IMG/VR virus record: IMGVR_UViG_3300049594_000135 | Span: 1 to 35,506 of that record | DNA length: 35,506 nt | Source of the DNA: a virus | Taxonomy: Duplodnaviria > Caudoviricetes | Reading direction: 5' to 3' (one strand) | Shown: positions 24,976 through 34,781 of the stretch, in pieces | How the letters are laid out: every line of letters starts with the position of its first letter | Position numbering within the stretch: the stretch's first letter is position 1 | Program-made: the position numbers and the translations under genes | The notes under the pieces: model-generated | Database searches by the model: none | Seen by the model: the letters and a program-made list of their open reading frames with translations, nothing else | Told to the model about the DNA's origin: nothing

Positions 24976-26820
24976 ATGCCTAACATTACCAGGAGTGCCT
25001 TAGATGCACTAAGTCTCACTAACTTCCCGAACAATACTTCACAGCTCATTTCTCCAGCTGATCTAAGGGATTGGCTGGAAAATGGGATTGACTCTTTTGT
25101 CACCCAGAAGGATTCCTCTAGGCTTGAAAATGTCATTTATGAGAATGAAGGAAGTGATATAGCGGCATCTGCCACAGTTAATCTAGCAAGTGCTACTGGT
25201 AACTTTCTTCACATCACAGGAGCAGCAACAATAAGTTCATTCGGCACTTGTCCAGCTGGAGCAAGGTTTGTTTTAGTCTTTGATGGCATCTGCACATTGA
25301 CTTACAATGCCACATCATTGATTATTCCAGGAAGCAGCAATAAGACTACTGCTGCCAATGATTGCTGCATGATAGTGAGTGAGGGTAGTGGCAACTGGAG
25401 AATAGTAGGCTACTTCCCTATCTCTGGAGGAGGTGGAGGAGGAGGAACAGTAACTGCTGTAACAGCTACTGCTCCATTAGCATCAACTGGAGGAACTGCG
25501 CCAGACATTAGCATTCCGCAAGCCAATGGATCAACAGATGGTTATCTTAGTTCTGGTGACTGGACAACATTTAATAGCAAGGGAAATGGAACGGTTCAAT
25601 CGGTTAGTGGAACAGGAACTGTCAATGGAATATCACTGTCTGGAACAGTAACTGGTACAGGCAACCTAACTCTTGGAGGCAGTCTTAGTGGAGTAAGCCT
25701 GACAACGCAAGTAAGCGGAACTCTTCCATTTGGCAATGGAGGAACAGGCCAAACAAGTTATACCGATGGTCAATTACTAATTGGAAATACTTCTACTGGA
25801 GGATTAACCAAAGCAACATTAACTCAGGGAAGCGGAGTTACCATTACTAACGGAAATGGAACTATTACTATTGCCGCAACAGGAGGAGGTCCGGCAACAA
25901 TTTCAATAGGAAGCACCATTACCTCTGGAACTAATGGATCAGTATTGTTTGTTGGTTCAGGCCAATTACAACAGGACAATACAAACTTCTTTTTTGACAA
26001 TGCAAATGACCGACTAAGCATTGCAGGAACTACAACACCTGGAGCAAGGTTACAACTTGGAGCAGGAAGTGGAACTGTTCCACATTTGATTCTTACTCCT
26101 ACTTCCGCTGCAACGATTAGTGGAACTACTAATGGTTCTCTCTGGGTTGATACTGCCAGTAGCAACACAAGCATCACAATGCGCAAGGATAGCAATTACA
26201 CGAAGATTGTTACCATTGACCGCAACCCAGACTTGGCTACCAGTGGAACTGCGCTATTGCAGGCAGATTCCAATGGCTCAATTAGTAGGGGAGGAGAATT
26301 AACTGCGTTGGGGATATATGCTCAGACAAATACACCAACTGCAATAACTACTGGATCAGGGTCTCTTATAGGCACAGTTACAGGAGTTACTGCGCTTCCT
26401 GCTAATTTCTTTGGAACAGGTAAAACTATTGCGTTTTATTTATCTGGATTAATTAGCATGGCTAATTCGGGAGGCCCGCTTGTTGCAATTGATTTCAGAA
26501 TAACCGATGGAACAACAACAGTTACTTTAGGTACACTTAGTTATGACACTACCAATTTAACAAATCGTGTATATGTTATAGATACAAGTATTACTTGTAG
26601 ATCATCAGGTTCTAATCCGGTTTTTGGTGTAGCAGGAAAAATGATTGTGAATCATACTGCTAAAGATCAGGAGACAGTTTTTATTACTCCTGCGGCAGTA
26701 ACCGCAACATCATTAAACACATCATCTGCCTTGACATTACAAGTAGTTGCTACTTGGACTAATCCAGGAACAACAAGTTCTATAAGTTCAATTGTTAATT
26801 ATTGCCACTATCTAAACTAA
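24976..26820 (+). CDS. Tail fibre protein
   Basis: Very G/T/S-rich; GTVTAVTATAPLASTGG, DGYLSSGDWTTFNSK, GGTGQTSYTDGQLLIGN fibre-type motifs. Confidence 0.8.
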   Translation: MPNITRSALDALSLTNFPNNTSQLISPADLRDWLENGIDSFVTQKDSSRLENVIYENEGSDIAASATVNLASATGNFLHITGAATISSFGTCPAGARFVLVFDGICTLTYNATSLIIPGSSNKTTAANDCCMIVSEGSGNWRIVGYFPISGGGGGGGTVTAVTATAPLASTGGTAPDISIPQANGSTDGYLSSGDWTTFNSKGNGTVQSVSGTGTVNGISLSGTVTGTGNLTLGGSLSGVSLTTQVSGTLPFGNGGTGQTSYTDGQLLIGNTSTGGLTKATLTQGSGVTITNGNGTITIAATGGGPATISIGSTITSGTNGSVLFVGSGQLQQDNTNFFFDNANDRLSIAGTTTPGARLQLGAGSGTVPHLILTPTSAATISGTTNGSLWVDTASSNTSITMRKDSNYTKIVTIDRNPDLATSGTALLQADSNGSISRGGELTALGIYAQTNTPTAITTGSGSLIGTVTGVTALPANFFGTGKTIAFYLSGLISMANSGGPLVAIDFRITDGTTTVTLGTLSYDTTNLTNRVYVIDTSITCRSSGSNPVFGVAGKMIVNHTAKDQETVFITPAAVTATSLNTSSALTLQVVATWTNPGTTSSISSIVNYCHYLN

Positions 26821-27662
26821 TGCCACTAACAACCATATATGATGGAGGCACAAGGGTAATAGGTGACTCTACTGCCATTGACCAGACACTGCATCCTAAT
26901 GTGATGAGTTATATTAACATCATAAGTCAGAATGGATACTCAATGAGTCTTAATGAAATTGATGCAGTAAATAATTTTACATGGTTGTTGGTAACAAGTG
27001 GATTGTGGAGTAAATTAATTGCGATATATCCAATTATTGGTGCAAGTGGAAATACTCATAGGTTTAATTTAAAAGACCCAAGGGATGATAATGCCGCATT
27101 TAGATTAAGTTTTAGTGGAACTTGGACTCATGGTTCAACAGGAATGACTCCCAATGGAACTAATGCCTTTGCAAATACATTTTTAAATCCATCAACTCAA
27201 TTAACTGTATCTGCAAATTCAGTATCTTTTTATAGCAGAACACAATCAATAGTGGGCCTTCCTTATGATATTGGGGCAACTACTGATGGGGCGGCAAATC
27301 TTAATCCATACGGATTAATAACCAGATATAATACTGGCCGTTCTTATTATATGAATGGAAACTATGGTATCTTGCCTTTAAATGGAAGTAGTTTGGGGTT
27401 TTTTTTAGGATTTAACGATAGCACAAATTCAAGATTACACAGAAATGGAACTCTATTAGCAACAATAGCAATACCAACTGCTACTTTACCTAATTTTAAC
27501 TTATACATTGGCGCAAATAATAGTGGAGGAGTGGCATCCCTTTTTAGCAATAAGGAATGTGCATTTGCATCAATCGGCAATTCAAAATTAACCACTAATG
27601 AAGCAGTAGTATTTTACAATTTAGTACAGGCATTTCAAACTAAGTTAGGAAGACAAGTATAA
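26820..27662 (+). CDS. Putative tail/receptor-binding protein (lectin-like beta fold)
   Basis: Start ATG 26820 overlaps the upstream TAA; N/T/G-rich beta-strand pattern; LYIGANN. Confidence 0.6.
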   Translation: MPLTTIYDGGTRVIGDSTAIDQTLHPNVMSYINIISQNGYSMSLNEIDAVNNFTWLLVTSGLWSKLIAIYPIIGASGNTHRFNLKDPRDDNAAFRLSFSGTWTHGSTGMTPNGTNAFANTFLNPSTQLTVSANSVSFYSRTQSIVGLPYDIGATTDGAANLNPYGLITRYNTGRSYYMNGNYGILPLNGSSLGFFLGFNDSTNSRLHRNGTLLATIAIPTATLPNFNLYIGANNSGGVASLFSNKECAFASIGNSKLTTNEAVVFYNLVQAFQTKLGRQV

Positions 27663-27672
27663 ATTTAAGAAA

Positions 27673-28053
27673 ATGGAATATCAGGGTTATACACTTTATC
27701 AAATTAGCAACCATCCGACTATTAGTACGATGGAGCGTTATGTGTCATGGGCAGGACTTGATATTGCCTCAGATGCCAACTATGGATTCTATATCAGGCT
27801 CAAGTATCGAGTCTGGGCATTCCTGGATGGTGTAGAACTTCCTATTTCTCCTGATGCCAAGTATGTAAACCTGTTAGCCGATAATTCGACCTGCGTTAAT
27901 TCTGCCGGACAGATAGTTGATTGTGGCACTCCAGATTCAATGGGAGAGTATGACTTCTACATGGCTCTGATTGATGAGCCTATCATAATTCAGGACTTCA
28001 TCACGCAGAAGATCACCTGGGCAGATAGTGAGGGTAAATTCAACACATTCTAA
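27673..28053 (+). CDS. Hypothetical protein (tail module)
   Basis: 126-aa ORF, tightly packed with neighbours. Confidence 0.7.
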   Translation: MEYQGYTLYQISNHPTISTMERYVSWAGLDIASDANYGFYIRLKYRVWAFLDGVELPISPDAKYVNLLADNSTCVNSAGQIVDCGTPDSMGEYDFYMALIDEPIIIQDFITQKITWADSEGKFNTF

Positions 28054-30623
28054 TGGGCAATCCAAATCCTTTTTACCGATTTGAGACCGGATGGAACTCT
28101 GGGTTCTATCCGGACAACCAGATAGTCTCTGACTTACTCAATGAAGTGTATAGTGCCATCAACACGGCATTACCTACCATTGCAGTAATAGGCACAACAA
28201 CCTTAAACCAGTTGAAGGCATCGGTAAAGGGCATAGTGGATGTATTTAATGAGTATCCCTACTACGGCAATTTCAATGTAAAATCTACCATAATATTTGT
28301 AGGGCCAGATTATAATTACACTATCACGGTTCGGGATGATGGATTGTATGCTACGGATAACTCTCAGGAACTCACCATCACCGGAACAACAGATGGATCA
28401 AAGGTTCTGCTCACGGCAAGCCTAGCCTCATTTACTCCCGGTGCATACACAGCCACATTCGATGCCCCTTTAATTGATGTGGAAAAAAAGGTTCAAGAGG
28501 CATTAAATGTAGTGGACTTAAATGGCTCTGCCTTGTTTCCAATTACTTACAAGTTTGATCCAACAACAGACATTGCCACCTCTGGTCTGGCTAGGGGAAA
28601 GAACTGGAAGCTCGACAATGGTTCAATACAGCGACTCCCTCCAGCTCAGAATCCATACAAAAACCAAAGGACATTCCAGTTGCCTCAATTAAGTGGAGAT
28701 GATGCCTACATCATTAGTATCATTGAGAGAATTATAGAATTTGGCTTTAGTGTCAATTTACCTACTGGATTTACTGATTTTTTCAATTCAATACAAACAC
28801 CAGTATTATATTCTAAAAATTTTCAAATTGCTATTTACACAACCTATCCTAGAGTTCAATTTACTTTTACTAATAACCTAGGAAGGCAGTTTACTTTAGT
28901 AGGGAGAAAGGATGGTGATTGGTTATGGCAGAGATTTGTAACAGATGACGGATTTACTACACCAGATATTTTTAGCATCTATAATGAAACGACACCATTG
29001 CCTTATGAACCAAATATTGCAGGCAGATGGTTATATCAAAACAATCCTGTATGGTATTTTTATGACTTTGAATTTGTAGAGTTTACCTCAGGATGCTTTG
29101 AGAGCAAGGAGTTTTACCCTATGCCTGCAAAGCCTGGAGATCAATTTCAATTTAATGTAGTAGATGGCAACCTAACAGGAATTGATGAGGTCAGTGTTGG
29201 GCTATTCACGGAATCTGGAGACTTTATTCAGAAGATAGGGGAGGCCACTCGTGAGCAGAGGTGTTGTTGCAACCAATATGTATTTACCAGAGAGTACAGT
29301 GCAGCTGAATTAGATCTTATAAGATTTGAAATCAATGCCAATATAGGCGGAGATGATTGGCGGTATTACTTCTTCATTTCTAATGGCACTGATGTAATTC
29401 AATCAGTAAGTCAGCCTATGCCTTCAGAGTTTATCACAACTCCAAGTGAATTAGATGCTTATTTTTCGCAATTTTCAGGGCAATTTCTTTTTTCAGTCAA
29501 TATAACTGGTAGTGATTGGGAGACTGCTTCAGGCACAATTACCATCACTACATTGACAATGAATTGCGATGAGCCTGTTCTATACATGAATGAGCAATTT
29601 GCTAATGAGTTTAATCCTATAATTCCTAGCACTGTTACAGGATTTACAATCACCTCAGGAGGGTGTGATAACATTGACTTATCACAATTCTATGCATCTG
29701 TTACAATTCCAAGTAAAAAGGGGTGCTACCGGATGGGTTTATACAATGAGCCAATATCTAGCTGTGAGCTGACATTTGAATATGTCTTAGAAGCAGAGGC
29801 ATTAGAATCTTACATTATTTCGGTTAATGAGATAGCCTCTTCTTTATTTCCATATCTTGGTTTTTCTATTGATGGAGTGAATTTTATATACACCGAGCTT
29901 ACCACAGCATCTTATACAGCAGAAACATTGTCTGCATTTATCAATGCTAACATCACTGGGATAACGACTGATGTTTATTTTTGCAATCCTCCATCAGCAC
30001 TTCTATGCATGTCATTTACTTACACTCAGACGGTTGAGTGCGGAGATGATACTTATGCATTAATTAATCAACAAACAGCCGATAATGGAGTTCCAATAGG
30101 AGAACCATTATTTACATCGGAAAGTCAAACTTGTGAGTGCGGCTCAACTTATTCACTTTACTCTTTAAGCAACATCATTAACATTGATGCCTCCGATTGC
30201 TTCTCCACCATGCTTGAGTTCTGGGCAGATAGCAACTCAGTTGCCCAAGGCATGGAGTATTATGGTAACTGGAAGCAGAGAGTACGAATTGGCCTAAATG
30301 GAGGAGGAGAGAAGCCTGTGTTTGAAGAAAGCCTGTACAGGCAGTCCAATGGTGTTCACAGAAGACCTCAAAACAAGCAGGATTTATCATTAGATTTGCA
30401 TACAGATTTTTTCGACTTAGATACACAGCTAGCGATGACCGATGCCACTCGCCATCCTTACTTAATCTGGGAAGGGAAGTCAATTTTTGTGAAGGGAGAT
30501 ATTGAAGTTGCCACCATTCAAGATTTCACGACACAATCCTCTTTTGAAACTTTATCACAAATGAAGTTTCAGGCACTCATTCAGGGCTTTCAGCCCAGGA
30601 ACTCAAGTTGCTTAACTTGCTAA
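28053..30623 (+). CDS. Large virion/tail structural protein
   Basis: 856 aa, acidic and beta-rich with Cys clusters; lies in the structural operon. Confidence 0.65.
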   Translation: MGNPNPFYRFETGWNSGFYPDNQIVSDLLNEVYSAINTALPTIAVIGTTTLNQLKASVKGIVDVFNEYPYYGNFNVKSTIIFVGPDYNYTITVRDDGLYATDNSQELTITGTTDGSKVLLTASLASFTPGAYTATFDAPLIDVEKKVQEALNVVDLNGSALFPITYKFDPTTDIATSGLARGKNWKLDNGSIQRLPPAQNPYKNQRTFQLPQLSGDDAYIISIIERIIEFGFSVNLPTGFTDFFNSIQTPVLYSKNFQIAIYTTYPRVQFTFTNNLGRQFTLVGRKDGDWLWQRFVTDDGFTTPDIFSIYNETTPLPYEPNIAGRWLYQNNPVWYFYDFEFVEFTSGCFESKEFYPMPAKPGDQFQFNVVDGNLTGIDEVSVGLFTESGDFIQKIGEATREQRCCCNQYVFTREYSAAELDLIRFEINANIGGDDWRYYFFISNGTDVIQSVSQPMPSEFITTPSELDAYFSQFSGQFLFSVNITGSDWETASGTITITTLTMNCDEPVLYMNEQFANEFNPIIPSTVTGFTITSGGCDNIDLSQFYASVTIPSKKGCYRMGLYNEPISSCELTFEYVLEAEALESYIISVNEIASSLFPYLGFSIDGVNFIYTELTTASYTAETLSAFINANITGITTDVYFCNPPSALLCMSFTYTQTVECGDDTYALINQQTADNGVPIGEPLFTSESQTCECGSTYSLYSLSNIINIDASDCFSTMLEFWADSNSVAQGMEYYGNWKQRVRIGLNGGGEKPVFEESLYRQSNGVHRRPQNKQDLSLDLHTDFFDLDTQLAMTDATRHPYLIWEGKSIFVKGDIEVATIQDFTTQSSFETLSQMKFQALIQGFQPRNSSCLTC

Positions 30624-30630
30624 AAAAACA

Positions 30631-31530
30631 ATGTCAATATTTTCATTAACATGCCCCGATGTCGGGTGCTATCAGAACTTCCAGTGTGATCCGGAGTTCC
30701 AGAATAAAATCGTGGCGGTGGCTTATGTTCGTAAGTCGGATGCCCTAACTGCTCAAGAGAAGTCCACTGCTGATAATTGGATTGCTGCTCTTTATGACCG
30801 CTATCTGAATGCTGAGGCTTACCTAGTGTTTAACACATCTGGTGAAAAGCCAAAGCCTGAGACAGCAACTACTGCTGGTCGTGGGATGCAGAACACTAAG
30901 GCTCTTGCCAAAAATCATACCCTGACTTATCAGGATATGCAGGGTGTTGTTCAGAATAATGTTCAGTTCTACAATGACATCCTTTCGACTAGTCAGAACT
31001 TTGACTTCTACTACTTCACTCCTGGTCGCATTTGGGATGCCTCTGGTTATTATGTCACAGTTATCGGTGATCCAATAATCACTGCTGACCTGAACACATA
31101 CCAGATGGCTGAAGTCACTGTGAACTGGGTTAGTAAGGTCAATGCATTGCCTTATGAGTTTGATACAGATACTTTCCTTGAAGGCCTTTACTACATCATT
31201 AGCTATACAGGAAGTTCTGGAAGCACTTATGTAGGCAACACCATTACAAGTGCATGCACAGACCCACAGACTGTTACTTTTTCAGCTGTTCTAAACATTG
31301 GAGCTATCTCCGGTGCGCCTGAGCAAGTATGGTCAATTGAGGAATCTGAAGACAGTGATGACATCACAGACATTGATCTTGAAATTAACCCTGAAACTGG
31401 TGTCCTTACTTGGAATCCTGCTACTTTTACTGGAACTTACATTTTTACAGTTACAGTGACCAATGAGAAGGGATGTGTATTTGGTCAGGAGATTATCACA
31501 TTGATTGTTGATTGCCCAGAAGAAGGCTAA
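30631..31530 (+). CDS. Major tail (tube) protein with C-terminal Ig-like domain
   Basis: About 185-aa beta-rich N-terminal domain plus INPETGVLTW...GTYIFTVTVTN Ig/cadherin-like motif. Confidence 0.65.
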   Translation: MSIFSLTCPDVGCYQNFQCDPEFQNKIVAVAYVRKSDALTAQEKSTADNWIAALYDRYLNAEAYLVFNTSGEKPKPETATTAGRGMQNTKALAKNHTLTYQDMQGVVQNNVQFYNDILSTSQNFDFYYFTPGRIWDASGYYVTVIGDPIITADLNTYQMAEVTVNWVSKVNALPYEFDTDTFLEGLYYIISYTGSSGSTYVGNTITSACTDPQTVTFSAVLNIGAISGAPEQVWSIEESEDSDDITDIDLEINPETGVLTWNPATFTGTYIFTVTVTNEKGCVFGQEIITLIVDCPEEG

Positions 31531-31537
31531 TTGAATT

Positions 31538-33343
31538 ATGGAAGAGTTAATCGGGATACTACTATCAAAGTTGCTAGATCGGGAAATCCGGGAAGGCAGG
31601 CACGACTACATTGTGGAAGCTCGTGAGAAAGCCGAGGAATTGGAGTATCACTTTGAAAACGAGTATCCCGACAAACTCCTCCACACTCAACATCCAAGTG
31701 AAGAGCCTTGGATGAAGGAGTACAGGAGGCGGAGATGGCAAGCTCCAACAACAACTGCCACCGGGAGAGTATTTACTTTCCTCCAGAAGATTCAGCAGGC
31801 TGATGACTTTAAAATCACTTTTGAATCTGACTTTAAAAAGACAGGCATAGCTGAGCGCATAGGGTTAATGGATAACACCTTAAAGCACTATGTTGAATAT
31901 GAGCTGCCAAAGACAGGAAGCCTAGAGAAGTGGCTTTTCAATGTCTTTTTAAAGACTTACCTAAAAGATTCCAATGCTGTAGTTATCACCATGCCTGATT
32001 ATGATGAGTTCATCGAGAACCCATCAGGCACAACTACCTTAGACTGGTCTAAGCCTTACCCACACATCATTGAGAGTGAATACCTAATCTGGGAAGGTGA
32101 GGATTATATTATAACTAAGACTGAGGATTACAAGGACATGAACCGCAAGAAGTGGGATCAGTTCTTATGCTTTACGACAGAGGGGCTGGTACTATTCAGG
32201 CAGGTCAATGAGTACACCTATGAGCAGCCATTCCAGATATTTATCCTGCCTTATCAATTTGGCTATCTGCCTGCCTGTAAAGTAGGCAATATAATTTACG
32301 AGGAAGAAGATGGTCAGTTAGTCTATGACTCAGTCCTTGCTCCATGTCTGCCAGCATGGAATGAAGTGCTGTTCAGGACTGATGACCTTAATATACTTTG
32401 GGCAACTCATGCCCTGCCCCAGAAGTGGGCATTGAAGATGTCACCATGCAAGACCTGCAATGGTACTGGCATTAGAACAAATCGCAAAGAGGAAAAGATA
32501 GGTTGTAATGATTGCCAAGGCTCTGGTAGAGCATCCAGCTCACCATTTGGGCTGATGGAGATCAACATTGACAGAGTGAGTGCTGTCAATCCTACACCAT
32601 TAGTTCCTCCAGTGCCTCCGGCTGGTTACATTGAGAGGCCAACAGAGACTGTTAAGCTATTCCAGGAGGACATCTTGCAGAAAGAGTTTCAAGGTTTTAA
32701 GGCCATTGGTCTGGAATTGCTCGGACAGATTCCTGCTGCTCAGTCAGGCATTGCCAAGGAGTATGACCGGAAGGAGCTTAATACCTTCTGCTTCTCAGTG
32801 ACCGTACATCTGGCTCAGGTTTATCGCAAGGTATGTTTCTACATCATGCTCCAGAGGTATAATGCACTTTTTGCATCTTCCTTAATGGACAGCGATAAGA
32901 TTCAGGCAGCACTGCCTCAAATCACTGTGCCTACTGACTATGATGTAATGACTTCTGACATGGTAGCAGAGCAGTTAAGGAAGGCTGTGGATAGCAAATT
33001 CAATCCACTGATTACAGCTGGAATTGAGATGGACTATGTTGAGAAACTGTATGGAGAGAATAGCATCCAGAAGACATACCTCAAACTATTAAGTAGCCTC
33101 GATCCATTGCCATTCAAAAGTACAGATGAGAAAACAGTTCTGCTTGCATCTAATGGATGCTCTCAGCTGGATTACATCCTAAGTGCTAACCTTGCTGCCT
33201 TTATCACTCTAAAGGTGGAGGAGGATGCTACATGGTATGATAAGCCATTCAATGTGCAGAAGGCAGAAGTGTATGCATTGGCAGCAGAGAAGCAGGCAGA
33301 GATCAGGGCAGGAGTAGTGCCAATAATGCCTGAAGGATTATGA
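31538..33343 (+). CDS. Portal protein with a DnaJ-type zinc-finger insertion
   Basis: 601 aa; AQSGIAKEYDR portal-like motif; followed by the minor capsid gene; CKTCNGTG...CNDCQGSG. Confidence 0.8.
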   Translation: MEELIGILLSKLLDREIREGRHDYIVEAREKAEELEYHFENEYPDKLLHTQHPSEEPWMKEYRRRRWQAPTTTATGRVFTFLQKIQQADDFKITFESDFKKTGIAERIGLMDNTLKHYVEYELPKTGSLEKWLFNVFLKTYLKDSNAVVITMPDYDEFIENPSGTTTLDWSKPYPHIIESEYLIWEGEDYIITKTEDYKDMNRKKWDQFLCFTTEGLVLFRQVNEYTYEQPFQIFILPYQFGYLPACKVGNIIYEEEDGQLVYDSVLAPCLPAWNEVLFRTDDLNILWATHALPQKWALKMSPCKTCNGTGIRTNRKEEKIGCNDCQGSGRASSSPFGLMEINIDRVSAVNPTPLVPPVPPAGYIERPTETVKLFQEDILQKEFQGFKAIGLELLGQIPAAQSGIAKEYDRKELNTFCFSVTVHLAQVYRKVCFYIMLQRYNALFASSLMDSDKIQAALPQITVPTDYDVMTSDMVAEQLRKAVDSKFNPLITAGIEMDYVEKLYGENSIQKTYLKLLSSLDPLPFKSTDEKTVLLASNGCSQLDYILSANLAAFITLKVEEDATWYDKPFNVQKAEVYALAAEKQAEIRAGVVPIMPEGL

Positions 33344-33344
33344 T

Positions 33345-34211
33345 ATGGCTAAAACTCCTGAGCAGTTAATTAAGCAAATTCAGGAACTCCAGATGGCGAT
33401 TGAAAGCCGGATGGATGATGCTCTGCCAAGGGTTTTTGCAAAACTATCTGACCAGGTAATTGACCTTGCCTCTAATTTATCACTTGATCCTAAAGACAGG
33501 GCAAAGTCATTAAAGGAGCTAATTAAATTAAAGAAGGACATTGCTGACACTATTATTACTAACGCTCCTTATCAACTTCAGGTTGCGGAAGTCATCAAAG
33601 GATTCGAACTCCTCTCAGAGTTAAGCAATGAATACATCACCATTGCCATAGGTGATTTTAGTGAGAAGAAGGCACTCTATAAGGCTATACTGGAAACCAA
33701 CATAGCCACTACTAAGGATGCTCTGCTAGGTGCTGGCATTAGGGAGAACTTCGGAACAGCCATTCAGGAAGTCCTAAAGGACAACATTGCTGGAATAGGC
33801 TCACGGTCTCAGCTTAATAAGACATTAAGAAAGTTTATTGAAGGCACAGAGCAGGAAGCACCATTCTTGAACCGATACATTAAGCAGACTACCAATGATG
33901 CTGTAATGACCTTCAATGCCGAATACATCCAGACCATTGCTGATGACTTAGATGTGGAATACTACCTCTACCAAGGCACACTGATTGAGGATTCAAGACC
34001 ATTCTGCCAAGCAAGAGCAGGCAGATACTTCACTACCGATCAAGTCAAGGCATGGCCTAATCTAAAGGGCTGGAATGGGCGGATGGCTGGCACTAACAGC
34101 AGCACAATCTTCATTTATCGTGGAGGCTACAATTGCCGACATCAGCTCTGGCCAGTTGCCAAGGAGCAGTATGAGGCTGCTCAGGAGAAAGGCAGGGCAG
34201 GCCTAAAATAA
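33345..34211 (+). CDS. Minor capsid / head morphogenesis protein (MuF / SPP1 gp7-like)
   Basis: YLYQG...DSRPFC...GGYNCRHQLWPV; follows the portal gene. Confidence 0.85.
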   Translation: MAKTPEQLIKQIQELQMAIESRMDDALPRVFAKLSDQVIDLASNLSLDPKDRAKSLKELIKLKKDIADTIITNAPYQLQVAEVIKGFELLSELSNEYITIAIGDFSEKKALYKAILETNIATTKDALLGAGIRENFGTAIQEVLKDNIAGIGSRSQLNKTLRKFIEGTEQEAPFLNRYIKQTTNDAVMTFNAEYIQTIADDLDVEYYLYQGTLIEDSRPFCQARAGRYFTTDQVKAWPNLKGWNGRMAGTNSSTIFIYRGGYNCRHQLWPVAKEQYEAAQEKGRAGLK

Positions 34212-34226
34212 CTGCAAAACAATTAT

Positions 34227-34733
34227 TCAATTATTTTCCCGGTAGGCAATAAGCATTGAGATAGGCTTTAGGTGCTTCTGCTCCACTACAAGTCTCTTGC
34301 CATGCCCTAAATTCATCTCTACCAGGCATTGCTCAATTGACTGCTTACGGATGTATCCTAATATGGAAACTTCCAAGGCCTCCTCATTGACATAGCATAG
34401 GATAAATACATCAGCTCCTATCTCCTTTCGATTGTTAAACACTAGCCTGCCTGTCTTATACTTAGTGCTTTTGACTTGAATGTCATATTCATACAGCATC
34501 AAGTCGGTGCTGCCTCCATCTCCTTCCAGGTTAATTGTAGTGTCAAATGGCAGCTTTAGAGCCTTAGCCACAGCATATTCCCCTAGAACACCTAATAAGT
34601 CAGCCTGTGATTGTGTATTGCCCCAGCGAGCAACGGAAGGTCGGTCAGGATGGACCTGATCCTTGAGGAAGTGCCTGCCTGTTGCCAGCACTTTGAGAAA
34701 CTTGAGTTCTCGCTCTGAAATCGTTATCTTCAA
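34227..34733 (-). CDS. Hypothetical protein, PD-(D/E)XK nuclease-like
   Basis: GVLGEYAVAKAL...DGGSTDL...DIQVKST; TTG start; lone antisense gene in the late block. Confidence 0.6.
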   Translation of the reverse strand: MKITISERELKFLKVLATGRHFLKDQVHPDRPSVARWGNTQSQADLLGVLGEYAVAKALKLPFDTTINLEGDGGSTDLMLYEYDIQVKSTKYKTGRLVFNNRKEIGADVFILCYVNEEALEVSILGYIRKQSIEQCLVEMNLGHGKRLVVEQKHLKPISMLIAYRENN

Positions 34734-34781
34734 GACTCATAAGGGGTTACAATAATAGCACATAATTATTGATATTTGAGC

